DNA of 60,137 nt from an uncultured Verrucomicrobia subdivision 3 bacterium (GTDB taxonomy: Bacteria > Verrucomicrobiota > Verrucomicrobiia > Limisphaerales > UBA11358): the NCBI GenBank assembly GCA_903833055.1, contig CAILDU010000048.1, positions 1 through 60,137 of the forward strand. Direction: 5' to 3'. Positions 47,464 to 55,278 of this stretch are shown here, one piece after another (the first letter of the stretch is position 1; each line of letters begins with the position of its first letter). The notes under the pieces are model-generated. The model was given only the letters and a program-made list of their open reading frames with translations, searched no databases and was not told the DNA's origin. A program made the translations under genes and the position numbers.

Positions 47464-47835
47464 GTGAATCCCGCGCCGCCGAAACGCCTGCGCTTTGGCC
47501 GTTCGTCGCGGCTCGCGCAAAACCGCGATTTCGCGCGCGTGCGCCAGCGCGGAGAACGTCTCGTGGTCGGCTGCCTCATCGCAAACTGGAACAAATTGCC
47601 CGACGGCTCCGCGCCCAAACTCGGCGTCGTCACCAGCAAAAAAATCGGCGATTCGCCCGCCCGCAGCCGCGCGCGCCGCTTGCTCCGCGAAAGTTTCCGA
47701 CAGCATCAACACGAATTTGCGTCGCCGGTGGAACTCGTTTTAGTCGCGCGCAATTCCATTGTGCAAAAAGATTTTGCCGGAGTGGAAAAAGATTTTCTCG
47801 CCGCGCTGCACCGCGCGAAGCTGCTCAAGAACTAA
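47464..47835 (+). CDS. rnpA: ribonuclease P protein component
   Basis: GTG start 4 nt after rpmH. RLRFGRSSRLAQNRDFARV...G.VTSKKIGDSPARSRARRLLRE is the typical RnpA pattern. Confidence 0.88.
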   Translation: MNPAPPKRLRFGRSSRLAQNRDFARVRQRGERLVVGCLIANWNKLPDGSAPKLGVVTSKKIGDSPARSRARRLLRESFRQHQHEFASPVELVLVARNSIVQKDFAGVEKDFLAALHRAKLLKN

Positions 47836-47839
47836 AATC

Positions 47840-48133
47840 GTGAATCTCTTCCAGCACATTTTGATTTTCGCCGTGCGCGCTTATCGTCTGGTGATTTCAC
47901 CGGCGCAAACATTTTTGTTTGGCGGAAATTCCGGCTGTCGCTTTACGCCGACGTGTTCGGCTTACGCAATAGATTCAGTGCGGGAACACGGCGCAATTAC
48001 AGGAACAATTTTGTCGGCCAAACGGATTTGCCGCTGCCAGCCGTGGGGCGGCTGCGGTCACGATCCGGTTCCGAAAGCAGATGGCAGATGGCAGATGGCA
48101 GATGGGGAAATTGCAGCGGCGGACACTCATTAA
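47840..48133 (+). CDS. yidD: membrane protein insertion efficiency factor YidD, with a repeat-encoded C-terminal extension
   Basis: GTG at 47840. AVRAYRLVISP....CRFTPTCSAYA...HG...G......RICRCQPWGGCGHDPVP is the canonical YidD sequence. The 22 residues after DPVP are encoded by the heptamer array. Confidence 0.85.
   Translation: MNLFQHILIFAVRAYRLVISPAQTFLFGGNSGCRFTPTCSAYAIDSVREHGAITGTILSAKRICRCQPWGGCGHDPVPKADGRWQMADGEIAAADTH
48078..48105. repeat. heptanucleotide micro-array (GCAGATG)x4
   Basis: Four perfect tandem copies at the yidD 3' end, in the yidD-yidC junction. Confidence 0.95.
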
Positions 48134-48140
48134 AATTTTC

Positions 48141-49988
48141 ATGGATAAAACAGGAATCATTGTTATTTCACTTTGCGGCGCACTGCTCGTCTGGTGGTTT
48201 GTGGAGCAGAAAAAAGTTGCCGATCAGCAGGCGCAATACGCCGCCGCCCATCCGGTCGCAATTGCAGCGACCGGCACAAACGCGCCGTCAGCATTGACGC
48301 CGGTGAATACCGCGCCGATGCCCGTAACTGTTTTTGACACGAATGCGCCGGAGCAAACGCTCGTGCTGACAAATGGACGCGCGCGTTACACATTTACGTC
48401 GCGCGGCGGCGGCTTGAAGTTGATTGAGCTGCTGGATTATCGGCAGACGGTTTCGGCGCGCTGGAAAGATTCGGTCACGAACGCAGCAGCGGCCGTTTCG
48501 GCGTTGAACGCGCGGACGACGGTTCCCGCACTGGCAATTCTCGGCGGCGAAAGTTTGATTGGCGACGGCAATTTCACTTTGACCCAAACCGCCGGTGGCG
48601 TGCGCATGGAAAAATCTTTTCCCAACGGCTTGCGCTTGGTGAAAAATTTCCAGTTGAGTTCCAATTTCCTCGTGAATGCGAGCGTTCGCATCGAGAACAC
48701 TTCCAGCCAGCCGTTGAATTTGCCCGCGCAAGAATTCGTGGTCGGCACGGCGACGCCGATGGACGTGGATGACAACGGCCAAGTCGAAGGCGCGATGTGG
48801 TTCAATGGTGAAACGGCAGTGGATCAACCGTTGTCGTGGTTCGCGGGCGGCGGCATGGGTTGCACGCGCGGCGCGCCGCGTTCGGAATTTCGCGCTGGCA
48901 GCAATAACGTGATTTGGGCGGCGGCGCACAATCAATTTTTTGCGATGGTGGCGATGACGCCGACCAACTTGCCGGCACAGCAAATCGTCGCGCGCACGGT
49001 GACGTTGCCGCGTTTTCAAAACGTCGGCACGATGACAAATGTGGCCGCGCCGCAAGGCATTCAAACGGCGCTGGAATATCCGGCAATGACGTTGTCGGCG
49101 AATTCAGGCTTTGACCGGCAAATTGTTTTCTTCGCCGGACCGAAGGAATACCGCGTGCTCGCCCAGATTGGCGAAACGCTCAATAACCATGCGGATCAGG
49201 TGATGAATTTCGGCAGCGGCTTCGGCAGCTTCTGGGGCGTCGGCACATTTTTTGCCAAGCTGCTTTTGTCCGCGATGAACGCGGTTCATGATTTAACCAC
49301 GCTTGGTTATGGCTGGACGATTGTGCTGATCACGGTGCTGATCAAGTTGATGTTCTGGCCGTTGACGGCGGCGAGCACGCGCTCGATGAAGCGGATGCAG
49401 GCGCTCGCGCCGGAACTCGCGGAGCTTAAGGAAAAATATAAAGATGACGTGCAGAAACTCACGTCGAAGCAGTGGGAACTTTACAAGAAAAACAAAGTGA
49501 ACCCGATGAGCGGCTGTCTGCCGATGGTCATCCAAATGCCGGTGTTCATTGGCTTTTTCACGATGATTCGCAGCGCGATTGAATTGCGCGGCGCACATTT
49601 TCTGTGGGTCGCAGATTTGTCCAAGCCGGACACGCTATTCATGATTCACAGCGTGACGTTCATTCCGATTATTTGCACGCCGGAAGGTTTACCGTTCAAT
49701 CTGCTGCCGCTGTTGATGGGCGGTTCGATGTTGTGGCAATCGCATTTGACGCCGCCGTCGCCGGGCATGGATCCGGCGCAACAAAAAATGATGCGCTGGA
49801 TGCCAGCGATGTTCATTTTGTTTCTCTACAACTATTCGTCCGGCCTCGCGCTTTACTGGACGGTGAACAATTTGCTCACCGTGATGCAGACGAAATTGAC
49901 GAAATCAAATGTGCCATTCACACCGGTGGTCACGACCGGTCCGGCAACGAATCCGGCCTTGACGCCCGCGTCAAAAAAGAAAAAATAA
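48141..49988 (+). CDS. yidC: membrane protein insertase YidC
   Basis: The likely start is MDKTGIIVISLCGALLVWWF. A large periplasmic P1 domain precedes the conserved core (GWTIVLITVLIKLMFWPL, NPMSGCLPMVIQMPVFIGFF, GLALYWTVNNLL). Confidence 0.92.
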   Translation: MDKTGIIVISLCGALLVWWFVEQKKVADQQAQYAAAHPVAIAATGTNAPSALTPVNTAPMPVTVFDTNAPEQTLVLTNGRARYTFTSRGGGLKLIELLDYRQTVSARWKDSVTNAAAAVSALNARTTVPALAILGGESLIGDGNFTLTQTAGGVRMEKSFPNGLRLVKNFQLSSNFLVNASVRIENTSSQPLNLPAQEFVVGTATPMDVDDNGQVEGAMWFNGETAVDQPLSWFAGGGMGCTRGAPRSEFRAGSNNVIWAAAHNQFFAMVAMTPTNLPAQQIVARTVTLPRFQNVGTMTNVAAPQGIQTALEYPAMTLSANSGFDRQIVFFAGPKEYRVLAQIGETLNNHADQVMNFGSGFGSFWGVGTFFAKLLLSAMNAVHDLTTLGYGWTIVLITVLIKLMFWPLTAASTRSMKRMQALAPELAELKEKYKDDVQKLTSKQWELYKKNKVNPMSGCLPMVIQMPVFIGFFTMIRSAIELRGAHFLWVADLSKPDTLFMIHSVTFIPIICTPEGLPFNLLPLLMGGSMLWQSHLTPPSPGMDPAQQKMMRWMPAMFILFLYNYSSGLALYWTVNNLLTVMQTKLTKSNVPFTPVVTTGPATNPALTPASKKKK

Positions 49989-49992
49989 TTCC

Positions 49993-50445
49993 ATGTCCGC
50001 ACAACCCAAAGTCATTCTGGAAAAAATTCTCGGCTCGCTCGGTTTTTCCGCGACCGTGACGGAACAAAAATTTGGCGACGACCTGACGCTCGACGTGACC
50101 ACGGAGGAATCGGGACGCTTGATTGGCCGGCAGGGACAGACGCTTGCGGATTTGCAATACATCGTGAATCGTATTTTGTTCCAGCAGGATCAAACCGCGC
50201 CCAAGGTAACGGTGGACGTGGGCGGCTATCGCACGCAGGCGCGCGATGCGCTCATAAAAAAAGCGCAGGAAGCCGCCGAAAAAGTCCGTCGTTGGGGTGA
50301 CGCGGTGGAACTGGAAGCGCTGAACGCCTTTGATCGCCGCATCGTGCATCATGCCTTGCGCGACGATGCCGGTGTAGAAACACACAGCGTGGAAGTGGAT
50401 GGCTCGGACAAAAAAATGTTAATCCTGCGCCCCAAAAAGCATTGA
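49993..50445 (+). CDS. jag: KH + R3H RNA-binding protein (Jag/KhpB-like)
   Basis: KH block GRLIGRQGQTLADLQYIV and R3H block LNAFDRRIVHHAL. It sits directly after yidC, as in the classical cluster. Confidence 0.85.
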   Translation: MSAQPKVILEKILGSLGFSATVTEQKFGDDLTLDVTTEESGRLIGRQGQTLADLQYIVNRILFQQDQTAPKVTVDVGGYRTQARDALIKKAQEAAEKVRRWGDAVELEALNAFDRRIVHHALRDDAGVETHSVEVDGSDKKMLILRPKKH

Positions 50446-50475
50446 GCGATCCAATTATTTTAATTTCTGAAAACA

Positions 50476-50507
50476 AAAAAGCGCGAACAACATTGTTCGC
50501 GCTTTTT
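50476..50507. terminator. bidirectional rho-independent terminator
   Basis: AAAAAGCGCGAACAA-CA-TTGTTCGCGCTTTTT between convergent jag and the lipoprotein gene. Confidence 0.7.
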
Positions 50508-50520
50508 GTTTTGACGAAAT

Positions 50521-50907
50521 TTATTGATCTAGAACTTTCAAAGTGTAGGACGGTGACCAGGAACTGTCCGGCTGCGGATCGGTGCCGAAGCTGTTGCACA
50601 GGTAGTCGAATTTGAAACGGTAGGTCACGCTGTTCGCGGTCGGCGGCACGGGCACGAGACCTTCCCAACGATTTTTGACAATCGGCACCGGGCGCAGCGG
50701 AAACGGCTGGCCGTGGACGATGACATAAGGCCGGACGCTATCCCAACGCAACGCCTGCTGGTCGGAGTTGAACGCGACTTCCACGGGATAAAGATTGTCG
50801 GCATTGCGCGGCTGCTGGCTTGCCGTCATGCGTGTAAACGTGCCCGTGGTGCTGCAACCCGCGAGCAGCAAAATCGGCAATAAAGGCAGAAACTTTTTCA
50901 AATTCAT
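50521..50907 (-). CDS. small lipoprotein
   Basis: Start at 50907: MNLKKFLPLLPILLLAGCSTT, with the lipobox LLAGC. No family recognised. Confidence 0.65.
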   Translation of the reverse strand: MNLKKFLPLLPILLLAGCSTTGTFTRMTASQQPRNADNLYPVEVAFNSDQQALRWDSVRPYVIVHGQPFPLRPVPIVKNRWEGLVPVPPTANSVTYRFKFDYLCNSFGTDPQPDSSWSPSYTLKVLDQ

Positions 50908-50990
50908 CCCGAGAACCTGCCGAAAAAACGTCGTTTTGTAAAGTTGATTCCAACCTTGAACGGCGCGCCACTTTCGGTAATCCTCGCCCG

Positions 50991-52760
50991 ATGAACTCCC
51001 CAAGTCCTTCCCGCCCGGCGGCGAGCAACTTTCGCTGGATCATTTGCGCGCTGCTGTTTTTTTCCACGACCGTCAATTACATGGATCGTCAGGTCATCAG
51101 TTACCTCAAGGAATATTTTTGCACCCCAGCCGAGCTTGGTGGTTTCGGCTGGACGAACACGGACTTCGCGCATCTGACTGCGTTCTTCACCGGCTTTTAT
51201 GCCGGCATGACGATTTTGGCCGGCTGGGTCATTGACAAGATCGGGACTAAAATGGGACTAGCCCTTTCGCTGATCGTCTGGTCGATTTTCGGCATCGCCA
51301 ACGCCTTTGTCGGGCGGCTGGTGAACATGCACGTGCTGGTGCGCAGCCTCTTCGGCATCGGCGAGGCCGGAAATTTTCCCGCTTCAATTAAAACGGTCGC
51401 GGAATGGTTTCCCAAACGCGAACGCGCTTTGGCCACCGGCATTTTTAACAGCGGTTCCAACTTCGGCGCGATGATCGCCGCGCTGTTCGTGCCGTGGTGC
51501 CTCGTTTATTTCGGCAACGAAAAAGGCTGGAAGATGGCCTTCATTCTCACCGGCGCGGTTGGTTTCATCTGGCTGATTTTTTGGTTCTGGCTCTACGACA
51601 CGCCGAGCAAATGCAAACGGCTCTCGCAGGCGGAATATGATTTGATCCACAGCGATAAAGACGAAGTTCAAGCAGCGCAAGACGGTGATAAATCCGGCAA
51701 GAAAGTTGGCGCCAAACTTTTTTCTTTCGCCGGTCGTCTGCCGCGCTCCGCGTTTTGGGGCATGACCATCATGATTCACATCCTGTGCGTCTTCATTTAT
51801 TTCATCACCAAAAAAATTGTCGGAGCCGACGTGCTGCAAAATAAACCATCGCTGATTTTTTTCGCGGTGACCGTCGCGGTTGCCGTCGCGGCGAGCATGG
51901 CACTGCACGTCCGCCGCTGGCATGACCAGAATAAATCCGGCTGGCTGGTGTTGACGTATCTCATTCCGGTCGTCGCAGGATTTGTCTCGGTAATTGTGCT
52001 CGGATTTGAAAATCAGATTTATCTCGTTGGCGTCGCACTGGCATTGTTGGCGATGGCCGTTGCCGGATTCAGCGCGGGCGCATCCGAACCAAATCAATTT
52101 GGCAACGTCGGCAGCCCCGGCTTGCTCGGCCATCGCCAAACGTGGTCGTTCTTCGTCGGCAAACTTATGACCGACGGCATCTGGTGGTTTTATCTTTTTT
52201 GGTTGCCGGATTATTTGGTGAAACAATTCAACATGAAAATCCACGACACGATGTGGCCGACGTTCATTGTTTACGGCGTCGCCATCATCGGCAGCGTTTA
52301 CGGCGGCAGCATTCCGATGACGCTGATGAAACGCGGAATGCCGGTTTACAAAGCGCGCATGACCGCCATGTTTCTCATCGCGCTCTGTCCGCTCGTCGTG
52401 CTGTCCACGCAGTATTTTGGCAACGTCAGCCATTTCGGCGACATGGCGAAATACTATGCCGTCGCCGTCATCTGCATCGGCGCCGCCGCGCATCAGGCGT
52501 GGTCGGCAAATTTGTTCACGACCGTTTCTGATATGTTTCCGAAAACGAGTGTTGGCTCCGTCACCGGCATCGGCGCGATGGCTGGCGGCCTCGGCGGCGT
52601 CATCGTGCAACTCATCGCGGGCACGCTGACTGACACCTACAAATCCACGCCGCAAACCGCTTACCTCATCATGTTCGTCATTTGCGCCGGAAGCTATTTG
52701 ATTGCGTGGGCGGGAATGAAAATGCTCGTGCCGAGTCACAAACCCATCACGGATTTGTAA
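50991..52760 (+). CDS. MFS transporter (hexuronate/ExuT-like) with a DUF805-like four-helix module inserted in the central loop
   Basis: MFS blocks NYMDRQVIS, GWVIDKIGTK, EAGNFPASIK..AEWFPKRERA and DGIWWFYLFWLPDYL. The central insert has GRLPRSAFWG...VRRWHDQNKSGWLVLTYLIP...NQFG. Confidence 0.85.
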   Translation: MNSPSPSRPAASNFRWIICALLFFSTTVNYMDRQVISYLKEYFCTPAELGGFGWTNTDFAHLTAFFTGFYAGMTILAGWVIDKIGTKMGLALSLIVWSIFGIANAFVGRLVNMHVLVRSLFGIGEAGNFPASIKTVAEWFPKRERALATGIFNSGSNFGAMIAALFVPWCLVYFGNEKGWKMAFILTGAVGFIWLIFWFWLYDTPSKCKRLSQAEYDLIHSDKDEVQAAQDGDKSGKKVGAKLFSFAGRLPRSAFWGMTIMIHILCVFIYFITKKIVGADVLQNKPSLIFFAVTVAVAVAASMALHVRRWHDQNKSGWLVLTYLIPVVAGFVSVIVLGFENQIYLVGVALALLAMAVAGFSAGASEPNQFGNVGSPGLLGHRQTWSFFVGKLMTDGIWWFYLFWLPDYLVKQFNMKIHDTMWPTFIVYGVAIIGSVYGGSIPMTLMKRGMPVYKARMTAMFLIALCPLVVLSTQYFGNVSHFGDMAKYYAVAVICIGAAAHQAWSANLFTTVSDMFPKTSVGSVTGIGAMAGGLGGVIVQLIAGTLTDTYKSTPQTAYLIMFVICAGSYLIAWAGMKMLVPSHKPITDL

Positions 52761-52775
52761 GCGGTTTTATTAAGC

Positions 52776-52814
52776 AAAAAGCCCGTTGAAGATTTTTCTT
52801 CAACGGGCTTTTTT
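52776..52814. terminator. bidirectional rho-independent terminator
   Basis: AAAAA-GCCCGTTGAAG-ATTTTT-CTTCAACGGGC-TTTTTT between convergent genes. Confidence 0.75.
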
Positions 52815-52829
52815 GTTTGCCGAATTAAA

Positions 52830-53642
52830 TCAAATTGTCTGGCTCAAATAACCACCATCCACACGGATATCCGTGCCGGTCACAAACGAACTGGCCGCGT
52901 GCGACGCGAGGAAAACGCATGCGCCGACAAGTTCCTTGGACTCACCAAAACGGTTCATCGGCGTGTGACCCCAAATCGCTTTCGTGCGCGCCGTGGGTGA
53001 GCCGTCGTCGTTGAACAGCAGCTTTCGATTTTGTTCCGCCGGGAAAAATCCGGGCGTGATGGTGTTTACGCGCACGCCTTTGGTTGCCCATTCACGCGCG
53101 AGGAACTGCGAGAGGTTCAGCACCGCCGCCTTTGCGGCGGAGTAACTCATCACGCGCGAGAGCGGCAAATGCGCGGAAACACTGGCGATATTGATGATGC
53201 TACCTTTGCCGCGTTTGCACATGCCTGGCCCAAATTCCTGACATGGCAAAAACGCACCGCCGATATAATTCAAATCCAGATTCGCCTGAAGCGCTTCGAG
53301 TGAAATGTTCTCGAACGGATTTTCCGCCGTGACCGTCACCTTCGGATCGTTGCCGCCCGCAGCGTTCACGAGAATCGTCGGCGCACTGAGCGCGGCTTCG
53401 ATTTTCTTGTGTGCTTCCGCAAGGCTTGCGCGCGAACTGGCGTCGCAGGAGAAAAACGCTGCGTTGCCGTCAGCATCTTTGATGGCTTTGACACGCGCGT
53501 TGCCACGTTCTTCATTGCGGCCAAGCACGGCGACTTTCGCGCCTGCCGCAGCAAGACCGTCCGCCAGCGCGCCGCCCAGCACGCCCGTCGCGCCGATGAC
53601 TACGGCGACTTCGCCCTTGAGTGAAAAAATTTCAGAATTCAT
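52830..53642 (-). CDS. SDR-family oxidoreductase (probable hexuronate-pathway dehydrogenase)
   Basis: GATGVLGGALA (TGxxxGxG-type), NAAG and the catalytic S...YSAAK. Its neighbours are an ExuT-like transporter and kdgK. Confidence 0.88.
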   Translation of the reverse strand: MNSEIFSLKGEVAVVIGATGVLGGALADGLAAAGAKVAVLGRNEERGNARVKAIKDADGNAAFFSCDASSRASLAEAHKKIEAALSAPTILVNAAGGNDPKVTVTAENPFENISLEALQANLDLNYIGGAFLPCQEFGPGMCKRGKGSIINIASVSAHLPLSRVMSYSAAKAAVLNLSQFLAREWATKGVRVNTITPGFFPAEQNRKLLFNDDGSPTARTKAIWGHTPMNRFGESKELVGACVFLASHAASSFVTGTDIRVDGGYLSQTI

Positions 53643-53649
53643 ATTTTGG

Positions 53650-53823
53650 TTAACTGATTTTATCCGCCAATTTTAAAAGGAACTTTCCCAACTCACGCGC
53701 TTCTTCCGCGCTCAATTCTGCAGGATCTTGAGACTTGTTATTTATTTTTAAATGAATAGAAGCGGATTCATCCGTCCAAAGAGAGATTTCCCCGCCCGCT
53801 AATTCATGAATATTTTCATTCAT
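53650..53823 (-). CDS. possible small hypothetical protein (57 aa)
   Basis: Only the non-overlapping tail of ORF 53650..54114 is plausible (MNENIHELAGGEISLWTDES...). It is AT-rich with no family recognised. Confidence 0.3.
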   Translation of the reverse strand: MNENIHELAGGEISLWTDESASIHLKINNKSQDPAELSAEEARELGKFLLKLADKIS

Positions 53824-53842
53824 AGTGGGTGGGGAAGATGTT

Positions 53843-54937
53843 TTACCGCACCACACGCGCGCCGCCGCCGCCGAAAGTTTTTTCCACTTCCTTGCGGGTG
53901 GCCATGCTGGTGTCACCGGGTGTCGTGGAAGCGAGCGCGCCGTGCGCTGCGCCATATTCCACGGCCTTCTGCGCGTCGTTGAATTCGAGGAAACCAAATT
54001 GCAATCCGCTTGCGAAACTATCGCCGCCGCCAACGCGATCGAGAATTTCGAGGCCCGGATACTGGCGGCTTTCATGGAACTTGCCGTCGTGCCAGAGAAT
54101 CGCGCTCCAGTCATTCTTCGTCGCGGTGATGACGTGACGCAGCGTGGTCGCAGCGACCTTGAAGTTCGGAAATTCTTTCACGGCCGTTTCAATCATCGTT
54201 TTGAAGGCATCCGTTTCGATATGCTTGAGATCTTCCGCGCCTTTGACGGCGAAGCCGAGTGACGCGGTGAAATCCTCTTCGTTGCCGATCATCACGTCCA
54301 CATACTTCGCGATTTCGCGATTCACTTCCTGCGCCTTCTTCAGGCCGCCGATGGTTTTCCAGAGCGAGGGGCGATAGTTCAAATCGTAGCTGACAATCGT
54401 GCCGTGTTTCTTGGCGGCTTTGACGGCCTCAACGGTCAGTTCAGCCGTGGAAGCGGAGAGCGCCGCGTAGATGCCACCGGTGTGAAACCAGCGCACGCCG
54501 ACCTTGCCAAAGATGTGATCCCAATCAATGTCGCCGGGTTTGAGCTGCGAGGCGGCGGTGTTGCCACGATCAGGATTGCCGACCGCGCCGCGAATGCCGA
54601 AGCCGCGTTCAGTAAAATTCAAACCGTTGCGGACGGTGCGGCCAATGCCGTCATCTTCTCGCCACTTGATGAAGTCCGTGCAGACGCCGCCTTGCATGAT
54701 GAAGTCCTCGACCAAATGGCCGATTTCGTTGTCCACGAACGCGGTGACGACGGCCGTTTTGTAGCCGAAACATTTGCGCAAGCCGCGCGAGGTGTTGTAT
54801 TCGCCGCCGCCTTCCCAGACTTGGAAATTGCGCGCAGTGCGGATGCGGCCTTCGCCGGGGTCAAGGCGCAGCATGACTTCGCCGAGCGAGATCTGGTCGT
54901 ATTTACAGGTGGATTTGTCGCGTAATTGAATTGCCAT
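53843..54937 (-). CDS. kdgK: PfkB-family sugar kinase, 2-dehydro-3-deoxygluconokinase-like
   Basis: Start at 54937 (MAIQLRDKSTCKYDQISLGEVMLRLDPG). The C-terminal motif is RVGGGDSFASG..FG, and the gene lies in a hexuronate cluster. Confidence 0.85.
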   Translation of the reverse strand: MAIQLRDKSTCKYDQISLGEVMLRLDPGEGRIRTARNFQVWEGGGEYNTSRGLRKCFGYKTAVVTAFVDNEIGHLVEDFIMQGGVCTDFIKWREDDGIGRTVRNGLNFTERGFGIRGAVGNPDRGNTAASQLKPGDIDWDHIFGKVGVRWFHTGGIYAALSASTAELTVEAVKAAKKHGTIVSYDLNYRPSLWKTIGGLKKAQEVNREIAKYVDVMIGNEEDFTASLGFAVKGAEDLKHIETDAFKTMIETAVKEFPNFKVAATTLRHVITATKNDWSAILWHDGKFHESRQYPGLEILDRVGGGDSFASGLQFGFLEFNDAQKAVEYGAAHGALASTTPGDTSMATRKEVEKTFGGGGARVVR

Positions 54938-55083
54938 AAAGTTTCCAGATTCTAATGAAAAAACGTGAACGAACTCAAACACAATGATTCGCGCAAAATG
55001 TTCAACGCCGAATGTTGCCGCCCGATGAATGAAACCGCGAACCACGCCAAACTCGCGAACGCTTTTCAACGCAAAGATTTTGA

Positions 55084-55110
55084 CACGAATTGCACGAATT
55101 AACGCGAATT
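55084..55110. repeat. three ~10-nt-spaced direct repeats CACGAATT / CACGAATT / CGCGAATT
   Basis: Read directly. They lie immediately upstream of the left inverted-repeat element. Confidence 0.6.
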
Positions 55111-55114
55111 CAAA

Positions 55115-55240
55115 TACGCTGAAGGCGTAACGGAAATTAGCCTAGGGTTGTGAGGAACGAACTACCCTAGGAAAACGTCCCACAAAATAATTCTCCCTCT
55201 CCTCGCCGAACGAGGAGAGGGCCGGGGTGAGGAGTCGAAA
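55115..55240. repeat. left copy of a ~125-bp structured repeat element (two internal hairpins)
   Basis: It is the reverse complement of 58504-58630. Internal hairpins are CCTAGGGT..ACCCTAGG (55141-55171) and CCCTCTCCTCG-CCGAA-CGAGGAGAGGG (55195-55221). Confidence 0.9.
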
Positions 55241-55278
55241 GCGTTGCGGCGACCTCCAGATTTCGACATCATTCCGAA

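Noticed and set aside
47235-50445. rpmH-rnpA-yidD-yidC-jag block as a marker of oriC/dnaA
   Set aside because: No dnaA gene or cluster of DnaA-box-like 9-mers is evident upstream of rpmH. The neighbour is an NtrC-type regulator. The cluster alone does not place the origin.
51384-52739. 451-aa antisense ORF inside the MFS transporter gene
   Set aside because: It is Arg/Gly/Asp/His-rich with no motifs. The opposite strand carries unmistakable MFS and DUF805 signatures. This is a typical GC-rich antisense shadow ORF.
53824-54114. Upstream two-thirds of ORF 53650..54114
   Set aside because: It overlaps the kdgK 3' end on the same strand in a different frame and has Ala/Arg-rich shadow composition. 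Only the last 57 codons (53650..53823) are retained, as a low-confidence small ORF.
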